Part shown: piece by piece, positions 19,060-28,703 of the stretch
Layout of the letters: the number at the start of each line of letters is the position of its first letter
Position numbering within the stretch: the first letter of the stretch is position 1
DNA from: a virus
IMG/VR virus record: IMGVR_UViG_3300012922_000007
Location: 1-64,000 of that record
Direction: 5' to 3' (one strand)
DNA length: 64,000 nt
The notes under the pieces: generated by a model
What the model saw: the letters and a program-made list of their open reading frames with translations, nothing else
What the model was told of the DNA's origin: nothing
The model's database searches: none
Translations under genes and position numbers: made by a program

Positions 19060-19635
19060 GATCATTGTAGTCTTGTAGTCTTAGGGCGGGATCGAATATG
19101 TACACAATGCTTCGCGCAAGCTGTTCATAATAGAGCAGCTTACGAGGTGCATACCTCAAGACAAGTTAGACGGACCTGCAAGCTAGGTAACTAGCAGCTG
19201 TGCAAAGCAGCATCGAGGCGACGTGGAGTTAACGTCGTGGTCCACAAATATAAGTCTGCGCAAGTAGCGTAGATACCACGAGATAGAACGGGCAAGCTTT
19301 GGGCCAAAATGTCCAGAGAATTGCACTCTACCAGCATATCAGGTAAGGAAATGCCTGACCCAAGTTTGATATGCGCCAGTTTGAAGAATATTGCGAACTT
19401 TGCAGCGCGGAGAGTGACCGTAACTGTGAGCGATAGCGGCTTCGAACCCTATACGCTTTGGATGGTAAGACCGCCAGCAGTTGAGTGTCTATTTCAAGAA
19501 GTATCCGCGAGGGCAGCAGCAAGGTTAGGTATAAGCGACCGATATAAGTGCTTATAGCTAATGCATTTACGAGAGAACCGAGGCAACTCGTGAGCGACCC
19601 GAACTGCATTAGACTATGCGCATTTTGCGTATACG
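19060..19635 (+). ncRNA. Candidate ~570-nt large ornate ncRNA
   Basis: More than ten helices, several with GNRA loops (GTAA, GCAA) and G-U pairs. Multibranch junctions are closed by GGACC/GGTCC, CACTCT/AGAGTG and CTAATGCA/TGCATTAG. Confidence 0.6.
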
Positions 19636-19645
19636 AGGTGAAAAT

Positions 19646-21223
19646 ATGCACTTAAGTAACGAAGATTTGCTCTTGTTTATGTTAGACGCTCATCGACGTA
19701 TTGAGGTATCAACTAACGCGTGCGAGGACGAAGAAGCCACTAAGTTATATAGATTATATCGCACAGAGGTTTTGAGGAGAATGAATCACGATGTCTAGTC
19801 TAGTTCTAAACGATGGCAACATAAAGACTTCTACTGGAGTTTTGGAAAGTAATTTGTCCTTTCAAGAAGCCATAGATTTCCTAGTTAATACTCCTAGTTG
19901 GTGGAGCGGGCCGAATGGCAAGGGACCGACATTGACCTTGGAGATTGTTAAGAATAGCAAGAATCACAACGGGAAAAATATTCTGATAGTTTCGGACGGC
20001 GATGTTAGTATTGAAATATCGGAACACGGTATATTTTGCTATGCGTGGTCAGGTGCATCCTAATGTCTGAAACTAAAGAAGTGCTCCTTGCTCGGATATT
20101 AGAGCTAGAGAACGCTTTAAAGCCTAAACCTAAATCCGAGGTCAAACGTAAACCTAGGAAACTAAAGGCTATACCAAATGGCCGCGTGAGTTTCAGATTT
20201 CAATTTTGAGGTGAACTATGTTCGGTCTTACCATGATCTATGACAGAGAAACTGCGAGGTTAATTGGTTATCGGATATCCGAGGTCGAAGCCTTGCTAGG
20301 AACTAATCGCAGACGTGAATTCGAGGAGTATATGCGAGGTAAAACCGTAGGTATTGCAAACGGGGAGCACATTGTCTATCCCAATGATTTAAAAGCATTT
20401 TTCCTGTACGGGAATTAAACACGAGGTAAAAATCATGTATGCTATCGTAATGGCGGAAGGTGACGATAAACAGTCTGTAATCAAGAGTTTGCTAGAAGCA
20501 ATTACAGACTTAGAAAAAACCAGCATTGACAACTGTTCAGCTCACAACTTTGAATACGAGATGTTCGAGGGAGAGATGCCTGCAATGGATATGCTCTTTA
20601 ACGATCATTTTGGAAATTAGCTACGAGGTGAATTATGTGTTACGACAGACCTTGGGGACACGGAAACAAAATTGGCGAAGTCTATGTTGTTGAGGAAAAT
20701 AGACTTGGTATCAACAATCATCAACCAAAAGATAAAAGTCTGGCTTTGTGTATAGAGCACACTGGAGACTATTTCTACGATTATATGCCAATAGTCGTAG
20801 ATAAAAAAGGCATAAGGGCAAAATTAAACAAACAATTTGGTTCGTACGCCTTCCGTAAATTGTCCAGATTCCGGAAATTCTCAGATAGAGAGTTTCATTT
20901 ACTTCTAGCTGGAGAGAATCTAAGCGAGTAACTACGGGGTCAATATGAATCGACACGAACAGAAAAAGTACGCCCATTTGATGCATTGGCACGAATGTGG
21001 TATATGCGAGAAAATGTCTGCTTGTACGGATAGTCCTTGCACACGCCTCGATATCTGTCGAGAATGCGAGGTCAATCCTATGGAACAAGTCCTTGGAAAA
21101 GAAAGATGCGAGGTATTTGAACAGGAAATGTCCAAGGTCAGAGCCTACGAGGTTAATATTAGTAAGTATCTTGACCTCGGAGATTCGTGGCGTGCGAGGG
21201 GAATGTCAATTTCACTAGAGTAA
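19646..21223 (+). CDS. Cluster of small early hypothetical ORFs (19646-19798, 19791-20063, 20218-20418, 20435-20620, 20635-20931, 20945-21223)
   Basis: Tightly packed, most with GAGGT-type RBSs. Confidence 0.6.
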
Positions 21224-21236
21224 CGAGGTTCAACTC

Positions 21237-21772
21237 ATGCCGTACTATCGCAGAGGTTCTTTGGAAGAAAGATTTTGGTGGAATGTAGACAAAAACGGCC
21301 CAAAACCCAGTTTAGAATCAATACAAAAATATCCAGAAATTGAAAACACAATATGTTGGATTTGGACTGGCCACACCATAAAACACGGATACGGAAGAAT
21401 GAAAGACAAATCCATAGGCACCCATTTAGCCCATAGAATTGCCTTTTATCTTGCTAACGGAAGATGGCCTAACACAACCACTCCTTTTATACTACATAAA
21501 TGCGACAATCCTCCTTGTGTTAGACTCGAACATTTAATTGAAGGAACTCATGCTCAAAATATTAAAGATTCGTATGATAAAAACAGGGGGGACTGAGCCG
21601 AGTTGGAGAAAATAACTTTTTTGCCAAAGTAACTAAAGACCAGGTAAAACAAATGCGTCAAATGTACGAAGAACAAGATGTATCGTATGCAAAACTTGCG
21701 ACGTTGTTTGGCTTAAAACCGTCTACGGTAAGCGATATTTTGAAAAGAAAACACTGGAAGTGGGTAATTTAA
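21237..21772 (+). pseudogene. HNH homing endonuclease, frameshifted before its C-terminal HTH
   Basis: CWIWTG...GYG...AHRIAF...LHKCDNPPCV...HL..GT...N stops at 21596. The expected GENNFFAK...HTH tail continues in the -1 frame after a G6 run (21586-21591) and ends at 21772. Confidence 0.7.
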
Positions 21773-21790
21773 ACTTAAGGAGGGAAACAA

Positions 21791-22012
21791 ATGTCGGATA
21801 CAGAAAATAAAGAGGTGATGCACGCAATAGCTAACGAGTATGGTTGCTTTTGTTTACCCGATCAGAATTGCGATCAATGTACGGAATATGAAATTGAGTA
21901 TCCGCATATCAACGATCTAAGAGACGAATCAGCCCACAAGTTAGTTGGCCCCGCTCTTCAGAATTACAATTCCCAACATTTTCATAGCTTTATCAGCCGA
22001 AAGTGTAGATAA
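21791..22012 (+). CDS. Hypothetical protein
   Basis: Strong AAGGAGG RBS. Confidence 0.6.
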   Translation: MSDTENKEVMHAIANEYGCFCLPDQNCDQCTEYEIEYPHINDLRDESAHKLVGPALQNYNSQHFHSFISRKCR

Positions 22013-22074
22013 GTTTCGTGTCAATCCGAGGCGATTGTCCTCGGGTTGTCAAGAAATTTACCTCGGAGTTAATT

Positions 22075-22356
22075 ATGCCTGAAGATGATCCGCAAATAGG
22101 ATGGGTGACGTTTTATCATGACAGGACAATAACTACCGCGTATGCCCGATGTTTTAATGAAGAATGTATGTCTAACCACCTGGTTATGAGAGCGTTATAC
22201 CTATCGCAGGTCGAAGGTAAATTCCGTGTTAAGTGCTCGACTTGCGGATTTGGTTTGTATTACGAACCAGGTTTGCCTCTTATATTTAATGCGGAAATAG
22301 TAAGAAATCTGACGGAAATCGAAATAATCGCCGCTATGATTGATGCCGAGATGTAA
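22075..22356 (+). CDS. Divergent member of the CxxC paralog family
   Basis: PQIGW...CFNEEC...LYLSQV...KCSTC resembles the family pattern. Confidence 0.45.
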   Translation: MPEDDPQIGWVTFYHDRTITTAYARCFNEECMSNHLVMRALYLSQVEGKFRVKCSTCGFGLYYEPGLPLIFNAEIVRNLTEIEIIAAMIDAEM

Positions 22357-22648
22357 ACCCCATGTCACCATTGCACTTAGATGGCCACTACTGCGATTTT
22401 GGCCTCGGGTTTACTTCTGGGCATCTAGCCTACGGAGGAAAGTTATGGCTCGTTTACCGGGAACAAAGAACAAGAAGTTTTCAATATTTGCATTTAAATC
22501 ATCCGAGGACAGGGCATATTTCATCAGGATGAATCTACCTACTGATGCGCCTTATACAGTTTATGTCCATCCCTCGCTATTTAACTCAGCAATTCAGTGG
22601 TATTATCTTCGCATTGAACTACCAGAATCTACACAGAAGGAGGTCTAA

Positions 22649-22978
22649 ATGTACGTAGCAATAGTATTTAGAAGTCTAAATGACGAGGCGGCAAATCCGA
22701 GGCCATTACCAGGAACAAACTATGCTCGTCTTGATCCACCTGATGTCGTTCCGGAAGAAGACGAGTTTCCATCGTCTGCGTCCGAACGGAGCGGATTTAC
22801 AGTTGCACACACAATCCTTAAACCTACCGCACAAGAAGCAGCCCAAGGTGCTGAAATTAAACGTCTTAGCCTTTCCAATTCTTATCCCAGTCGTAACTAT
22901 AGGATTTGGGTTGGTCTGCTTTCACACGAGGTCCAAAGACCAGAGCCTCGTCCTTTACAGCTTGTAGAATTGGCGTAG
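22649..22978 (+). CDS. Hypothetical protein
   Basis: AAGGAGG RBS, 109 aa. Confidence 0.6.
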   Translation: MYVAIVFRSLNDEAANPRPLPGTNYARLDPPDVVPEEDEFPSSASERSGFTVAHTILKPTAQEAAQGAEIKRLSLSNSYPSRNYRIWVGLLSHEVQRPEPRPLQLVELA

Positions 22979-22992
22979 AATTAACGCGAGGT

Positions 22993-23095
22993 TAGCGCCT
23001 TGCGTCCTACATCCTGAGTCACTTAATATGCGAGCGGGGCTTGCAGCGTGACGAGTAGGTTCGACTCCTATCAGGGTGTAGGGCGGAGGGCGCTA
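22993..23095 (+). ncRNA. tRNA-like element (T-arm on a 25-bp stem) in the leader of the 23095 gene
   Basis: T arm GTAGG-TTCGACT-CCTAT. Outer stem 22993-23017/23071-23095 has 24 of 25 positions paired, including three G-U. Confidence 0.65.
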
Positions 23096-23331
23096 TGAAA
23101 TACGTGGCACTGCTTTGCCTCGTTGCGTTCGCATTTGCACAAGAAACCGAGAAACAGGCTTATCAGGTATGGGACGCCTCGTGTATTGTATCTATTAGCA
23201 AGGGGATTCATACGAGGATGGAAGCTCCACTCAGGAGCGGCAAGCCAGATATGTCCGAGGTCAAAATCCTCGGAATTCACGCAGAATACGTGTCCGGATG
23301 TGGACATATTGAGATAAGGAAGGAGAAATAA
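23095..23331 (+). CDS. Small secreted protein
   Basis: Signal peptide MKYVALLCLVAFAFA-Q; GGAGG RBS. Confidence 0.7.
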   Translation: MKYVALLCLVAFAFAQETEKQAYQVWDASCIVSISKGIHTRMEAPLRSGKPDMSEVKILGIHAEYVSGCGHIEIRKEK

Positions 23332-23604
23332 TGCCAAAGTACGGAAAGAGTAAGAATCCCGGAGCAAGAGAAAGCTGGCTTCGAGCCAAGAAACAGAACC
23401 GCCCTCGTCAAGTATGGGTTAATGACCACTGGGAGAAAGTATACTTTTGGCCTTGTTCCTACTAAGCAATACATGCTGGCTCTGCGCTTATTTAGATCAG
23501 AGAGCGGATCTCGATTATCAATACGAGGTCAACCAAAAGCTAGAAAATAACCTCGATATTTGCAATACGGAGTTAAATCAGGCACAGCATAGGAGCGAGT
23601 TCGA

Positions 23605-24039
23605 ATGATTATTTACCTCGTATCAACAGGAGATTACAGCGACTATCATGTAGTCGGTGCCTTTTCTACGAAAGAAAAGGCTTTAGAAGCCTTTCCATCA
23701 AAGGATTATGGGATAGAGGAATACGAGCTTGACAAGCCAACCGTTGTATTGAAACGAGTTTACTCGGATGTAATCGCTATTAGTGACGGTTCTAGATGGA
23801 TTGGCTCTACTCCAGATCACGACGGAACAACACATTTTGCCTCGAAATTGGACGAGGTTGATATAGGATTTAGAGGGAAATATGACTTTTTGCAATGGGA
23901 CTGGCCCAAAAGTCATGGAACTAGCCACGTTTATGCCAAATCAGTGATTAGCCAAGAACACGCCACAAAGTTAGCTGCTGAAGGTCGTCAAGCTTTCCTT
24001 AGAAATGATAAGGCTTTATCGCACAATGTAGAGATTTAG
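23605..24039 (+). CDS. Hypothetical protein (IYLV..G.YSDY.V.G.FST.EKA type)
   Basis: Common small phage domain at the N-terminus; AGGAG RBS. Confidence 0.7.
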   Translation: MIIYLVSTGDYSDYHVVGAFSTKEKALEAFPSKDYGIEEYELDKPTVVLKRVYSDVIAISDGSRWIGSTPDHDGTTHFASKLDEVDIGFRGKYDFLQWDWPKSHGTSHVYAKSVISQEHATKLAAEGRQAFLRNDKALSHNVEI

Positions 24040-24106
24040 ATTCAAAATCGAGGGCATCTATACGTTGTCCTCGTTTGTGCATCTAAATCAGTTCGAGGAG
24101 AAAATA

Positions 24107-24373
24107 ATGAAAAAGCTAGTACAAGTCACCGAGGTAGAAGGCGAAGGACTTATGGCTCTTATGGGCCAGAAAGTGCTTCTTCTGTGTGCAAACTACTTTT
24201 ACACTGGAAAATTGATCGGGGTTAACGACACTTTTGTTCAACTTGAAGACCCGGCAGTAGTATACGAGACTGGTTCGTGGTCGGATAGTAAATTTAAAGA
24301 TGAACAGAAACTTCATACCAAAACATTCTATATTTCGACCTCTGCTATTGAATCGTTTGGAGTTTCAAAATGA
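24107..24373 (+). CDS. Small beta-barrel (Sm/LSm-like) protein
   Basis: LMGQKVLLL...YTGKLIGVNDTFVQLED...FYISTSAIESF resembles Sm1/Sm2 spacing; GAGGAG RBS. Confidence 0.55.
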   Translation: MKKLVQVTEVEGEGLMALMGQKVLLLCANYFYTGKLIGVNDTFVQLEDPAVVYETGSWSDSKFKDEQKLHTKTFYISTSAIESFGVSK

Positions 24374-24639
24374 AGGATTTACGAAATAAGTGTAAGAAGT
24401 TATACAGGTCCTGGTCCTGGTCCTGGTCCGGGTCCTGGTCCTGGTCCAGGTCCGGGTCCTGGTCCAGGTCCGGGTCCAGGTCCGGGTCCGGGTCCAGGTC
24501 CTGGTCCGGGTCCTGGTCCGGGTCCAGGTCCGGGTCCGGGTCCTGGTCCGGGTCCGGGTCCAGGTCCTGGTCCGGGTCCTGGTCCGGGTCCAGGTCCGGG
24601 TCCTGGTCCGGGTCCGGGTCCGGGTCCGGGTCCTATTAA
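24370..24639 (+). CDS. Ser-[Trp/Gly/Arg] dipeptide-repeat protein
   Basis: ATGA overlap with the Sm-like gene; encoded by the hexamer array. Confidence 0.55.
   Translation: MKDLRNKCKKLYRSWSWSWSGSWSWSRSGSWSRSGSRSGSGSRSWSGSWSGSRSGSGSWSGSGSRSWSGSWSGSRSGSWSGSGSGSGSY
24406..24633. repeat. 38 x NGGTCC tandem array (N = A, T or G)
   Basis: Read directly from the sequence; five invariant positions and one variable position per unit. Confidence 0.95.
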
Positions 24640-24708
24640 AAAAATCTTCAACATTACGAGCCTAGTGATAGGCTCGTATTGATGCAGATTTAATTCGGAG
24701 GTTAAAAC

Positions 24709-26341
24709 ATGGAACTTCAAATGTGTCGGGGAGCAAACTATCCGTATACGGACGAAGAGCTATCCCAAACTACTAGAGTTACACTACAATCGCCAATGTG
24801 GGGACCATTCTCAGGAACTATGAATATTTTCATAGAAAGGGATCGGTTGGCTAGTTTTATTTCCGGGTGGAGCAACCCCGATAATTTATCTAATAAAGAA
24901 TACGCGATGAATATTCACATCGAACCAAATTGGGCGTGTCCAGCAACTCCCTTAGTTAAAATAGATTGCCGATGTCAATTGCGACAGAGTTGCGCTCCTC
25001 TTCTAAATTGGCTTAGTTTGTGGGGCGAGTTTTATTGGGAACCCGAGGAGCAATCTAATCCACACGTAGAATCTCAGTTATGGCTGAGAGCAGACGGGTC
25101 AGTTGTAAAATACGAGTTTAATGATTCAGATGGAGGTTAAATCAGTGTTTTCAACAATTTGGGAAGCTCTATTCTGTTTTGAGCATGGAATCCTGTCCCC
25201 TAAAAATCTTCCGGCTGTCCTCGGACTTTGCGCCTGTCTCAGATGTACGTTCTATGGGATTAAATCGAAACTTGGTTGGTAACGAGGTCAAAATTATGGA
25301 AAAATCATTAACAGTTGGAGAACTTCGTCAAGCTTTGGAAAACATGTCAGATGATCTGCCAGTTTATATCCACATTCCGGAATACGTTAAATTCGGATCA
25401 CAGGAAGACTGTATGCGGTATGTAACCAAAGCACAATTTGTTCGAGAAGGAAGTATTTCCAATGCATGCTTCGATATCGAGGCGGGAGAAGGGTTTGGTT
25501 GGTAGTATGACTAGATTTGAGGAATTGCTAAAGCTGCGCCTCTTCGACGATTTTAAACCGTGTTGGAAAGCACCGGAACGTCCTCCGCCTATTGATGGGC
25601 ATTATTGGGATTGCAAATGCGAGGATTGTGCTTAATGTATCCCCAATGGCACGGCAAATCTTACTTTCGCCTCGCATATTTCTATGGAATCTCGGGGCTA
25701 ATCTATCAAATATGGTTCGATCTAAAGAATTGGAGGATATTGTGTCAAAAGACGTAGATGATGCTGTAGTTCGGCTCAAAAATGCAAGATTAGAGCTAGA
25801 ATTGCTACGGGAGCACGAAAATGACACCGCTCGTACTTTTCATGCGTTGGGCCTCGGAGTAATTGAAAACGCCATCTCTTACTTAAACTCGGGGAAGATT
25901 TACACGAGGCGAGGTCTACATACAGCCATACTTTTCGCCTTGGATTAAATATGTGGATAAATCTCATTAAACTGTGGGTGTTATTGGTAGTTCTCTCAGA
26001 GAAAATGCGAGGTAAAAATTATGTTAAAAACACCTGAAAATGCCAAGATGTCGTTAGAGGAGCTATTTAAAGATAGTTGGAGCGATGGAGAAGAAGTGAC
26101 GGTAAAGAAAGCAAAAGTATTCACATCTAAGGGAACCAAAAACGCCTTGGAAGTGAAAATTTCCCAAATGTATGAGTATCCAACCATAAAGAACTGGGAG
26201 GGCGGGGTTATATCAATGCTCCAGTCTATCGCTAAAGCCTGTGGAGGAAAGGATGTAAACAATGAGAATAGACATTCTTCATCTGGCTGCGAAACGTGCG
26301 ACTATGGCAGCAATTATGTATGGGAATTCGTAGTTTGGTAG
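24709..26341 (+). CDS. Cluster of hypothetical ORFs (24709-25140, 25296-25505, ~25712-25948, 26021-26341)
   Basis: Most have GAGGT-type RBSs. Confidence 0.55.
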
Positions 26342-26425
26342 TCCAGAATCCGGACTCGATAATCATGTCATTGGCCTCGTATTGGGCCAATGGCGAGCTT
26401 ATCGGCTCAAAGTAAGGAGGAAATA

Positions 26426-28081
26426 ATGCCAGCAAATAGGGCTAACTGCGGTTGTGCTTTGACCTCGGGTAACCCAGCTTGTACTGCTTGTATGCGATGT
26501 CCCGCGTGCTGCCGCAGCTATGGAGAGTGTCTTACATGCACTGGTCCATCCTGCGTAGATTCGAGACCAAGGCTTACGTATCGCCGAAGTCCGGATGTAT
26601 CAGCAGAATTTAGAGCTTGTCAATCTTGTGGATTTTGTTCTGCGTGTTGTTCTCAGAGGAATAGGTGCCACCGGTGCACAGGGTGTCACAGTAACTACGA
26701 AAGAACTCGTATTTGCGCAAATTGTAATATGTGTACAAATGGTTGTTGTCAATGTTGGAGTTGCGCGGGATGTCAGGTGAGGAGACCCCGAGGCAATCGC
26801 CAATGTCGTCAATGCGCTACTTGTATGCAGTGCTGTCAGTGTAGAACTTGTGAAAGATGCGAGGATCAGCGACGAGTCATTTGGTGTCCAGATTGCGAAT
26901 ATTGTTCTGGACATTGCAATGATCCGGAAAATCATACTGAAAGCTTTGTTGATCTAAGGCCGGAGCATCTTCGACCTAGATCGGCAATTATTGCTTTCCA
27001 AAAACGTGCGTTAAAGTTCTGGAACTCTGAACCTACGCAGTTCAAGAGAAATCCACTTAAACGCCACATTAGTGTTGAAATCGAGTGCGACAAGGTTAAT
27101 ACGTCCGGAAACGGAAAGAAATTGGCCTCGGTTCTCAAGAAATGGTCAGACTCTGTAGTGACAGACGGAAGTCTTTCCGGGGACTATGCACACGAGATCA
27201 ATACCTCACCCTCGAATGGTGATCTATTCGTTAACCATATCGAACAGATTACTGAAGCCTATAAAGACATAGATGGCAAGTGCTCAGTGAAGTGCGGCCT
27301 CCACGTCCATGTAAATTGCCAAGATTTGAAGTTCTATGATCTTCGCAAGGTCATTTTGCTGTATGCTAGGATTGAACGAGCGTTGTTCGAACTATGCAGG
27401 CCAGACCGGGTTAATGCCCAGTATAGCCGTCTGTGTGGCAAGAACTATGCCAACATGTCTCCAAATCCGGAAGAATTTCGCAGACAGCTGTTCGGGAAGT
27501 TCTACTGTGATTCGGAGAAACTTGCAGTTGCTAGACCAGATAAGAACGTTGGCCTCGCGATTAAGAAGAAGAAAGAGGGCAAATATGCTGGTGTTAGGTA
27601 TCGTGCTCTCAATCTTCACAGTTACTTTCTAAGGAAGACTGTGGAATTTCGGCATCATGAAGGGAGTGTTGACCCGGAAGTAATCATTAACTGGGCCGAG
27701 GTTTGTGCTTACATAATCGAAGCCGCGAATAAGCTATCCGAGGCGCAAATTCGAGCTTTACCAGATACCTCTCGCCAAGCTTTGTCCACAATTCTACCAG
27801 AGAATCTGAGAGAATGGTGTGACAAGATTTGGGAGAAATCTGTTGTAAAATGGGAGGAAGTGGAAATCAGCAACAATAGACCAGATCTTCCCCTCGTTCC
27901 AAAGGAGGAAAAACAGTTGGATAGACGAGCACTTCGCAAGAAACACAAGGCCGAAAGGAGAGCCAAGGCTAAAATTAATGAGTATAGGCTGATAGCTTTG
28001 CGAGCCATTATTTCAGGTCAGAGGTTGACTCCGCAACCGGTTGCTGCACAGTCCGGAACTGGACAATCAACTCCATTTTGA
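26426..28081 (+). CDS. Amidoligase (COOH-NH2 ligase, phiEco32-type) with a long Cys-rich N-terminus
   Basis: VEIEC, VTDGSL, EINT.P, CGLHVHV, RY.ALNL, TVEFRHHEG motifs. The N-terminal ~170 aa is tandem CxxC. AAGGAGG RBS before 26426. Confidence 0.85.
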   Translation: MPANRANCGCALTSGNPACTACMRCPACCRSYGECLTCTGPSCVDSRPRLTYRRSPDVSAEFRACQSCGFCSACCSQRNRCHRCTGCHSNYERTRICANCNMCTNGCCQCWSCAGCQVRRPRGNRQCRQCATCMQCCQCRTCERCEDQRRVIWCPDCEYCSGHCNDPENHTESFVDLRPEHLRPRSAIIAFQKRALKFWNSEPTQFKRNPLKRHISVEIECDKVNTSGNGKKLASVLKKWSDSVVTDGSLSGDYAHEINTSPSNGDLFVNHIEQITEAYKDIDGKCSVKCGLHVHVNCQDLKFYDLRKVILLYARIERALFELCRPDRVNAQYSRLCGKNYANMSPNPEEFRRQLFGKFYCDSEKLAVARPDKNVGLAIKKKKEGKYAGVRYRALNLHSYFLRKTVEFRHHEGSVDPEVIINWAEVCAYIIEAANKLSEAQIRALPDTSRQALSTILPENLREWCDKIWEKSVVKWEEVEISNNRPDLPLVPKEEKQLDRRALRKKHKAERRAKAKINEYRLIALRAIISGQRLTPQPVAAQSGTGQSTPF

Positions 28082-28147
28082 CCTCGTATTTAACTTCAAG
28101 CCCGGACTTCCCGAAAGCGAGGTCCGGAGCGTGCGGTTAGGAGGAAT

Positions 28148-28681
28148 ATGAAAGAAATAGAGTTAACCCAGGGCTACAAAGCTTTGGTGGACGACGAAGA
28201 CGAAGCCAAGGTAAATCAGTTTACTTGGTGTGCTATGGTTAGAAATAATAAAGACGGCTCGTTTCGTACAGTCTACGCACAAACATCTCTTGGAGTGGAC
28301 GAAAAAGGAAAAAGTGTTAGGATATATTTACATCGGTTTATACTCGGTATAGTTGATCCTAAAGTTTTAGTGGATCACAAAGACTATAACGGATTAAATT
28401 GCCAAAAAGAGAACCTCCGAATTGCAGCTGATGGCCAAAATCCATGGAATGCTCGGATTTCAAAAAGCCATAAGACAGAATCTAAATACAAAGGCGTAAC
28501 GTTGTATAAAAGCCACGGCAGAGTCATAGGATACAAGTATAATATATGCAAGAAAGGTGAAAAGTTTTCGGAACGGGGATTTGAAACCGAGGATGAGGCT
28601 GGTCGAGCTTACGATAAAAAAGCCAAGGAGCTTTTTGGAGAGTACGCTTATCTAAACTTTCCGGATGAACAGGAATCTTAA
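28148..28681 (+). CDS. HNH-AP2 homing endonuclease
   Basis: EIELTQG.KALVDDED, LHRFIL, VDHKD.NGLN...NLR, EA..AYD..A..LFGE.A.LNF. Confidence 0.9.
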   Translation: MKEIELTQGYKALVDDEDEAKVNQFTWCAMVRNNKDGSFRTVYAQTSLGVDEKGKSVRIYLHRFILGIVDPKVLVDHKDYNGLNCQKENLRIAADGQNPWNARISKSHKTESKYKGVTLYKSHGRVIGYKYNICKKGEKFSERGFETEDEAGRAYDKKAKELFGEYAYLNFPDEQES

Positions 28682-28703
28682 ATTAAACTAACGGAGGATG
28701 TAT

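Noticed and set aside
19309-19557. 82-aa ORF in the track
   Set aside because: No RBS of the type used by neighbouring genes, and it lies within dense base-paired structure; treated as probably spurious.
22993-23095. Canonical tRNA or tmRNA
   Set aside because: No D arm, no 7-nt anticodon loop, no CCA and no tag reading frame.
24406-24633. CRISPR array
   Set aside because: Hexamer tandem repeat with no spacers, and no cas genes in the window.
24400-24720. Minus-strand (Gly-Pro)n ORF
   Set aside because: Antisense to a uniformly rightward operon with no RBS; it follows automatically from the GGTCC repeat. The + frame has an ATGA-coupled start.
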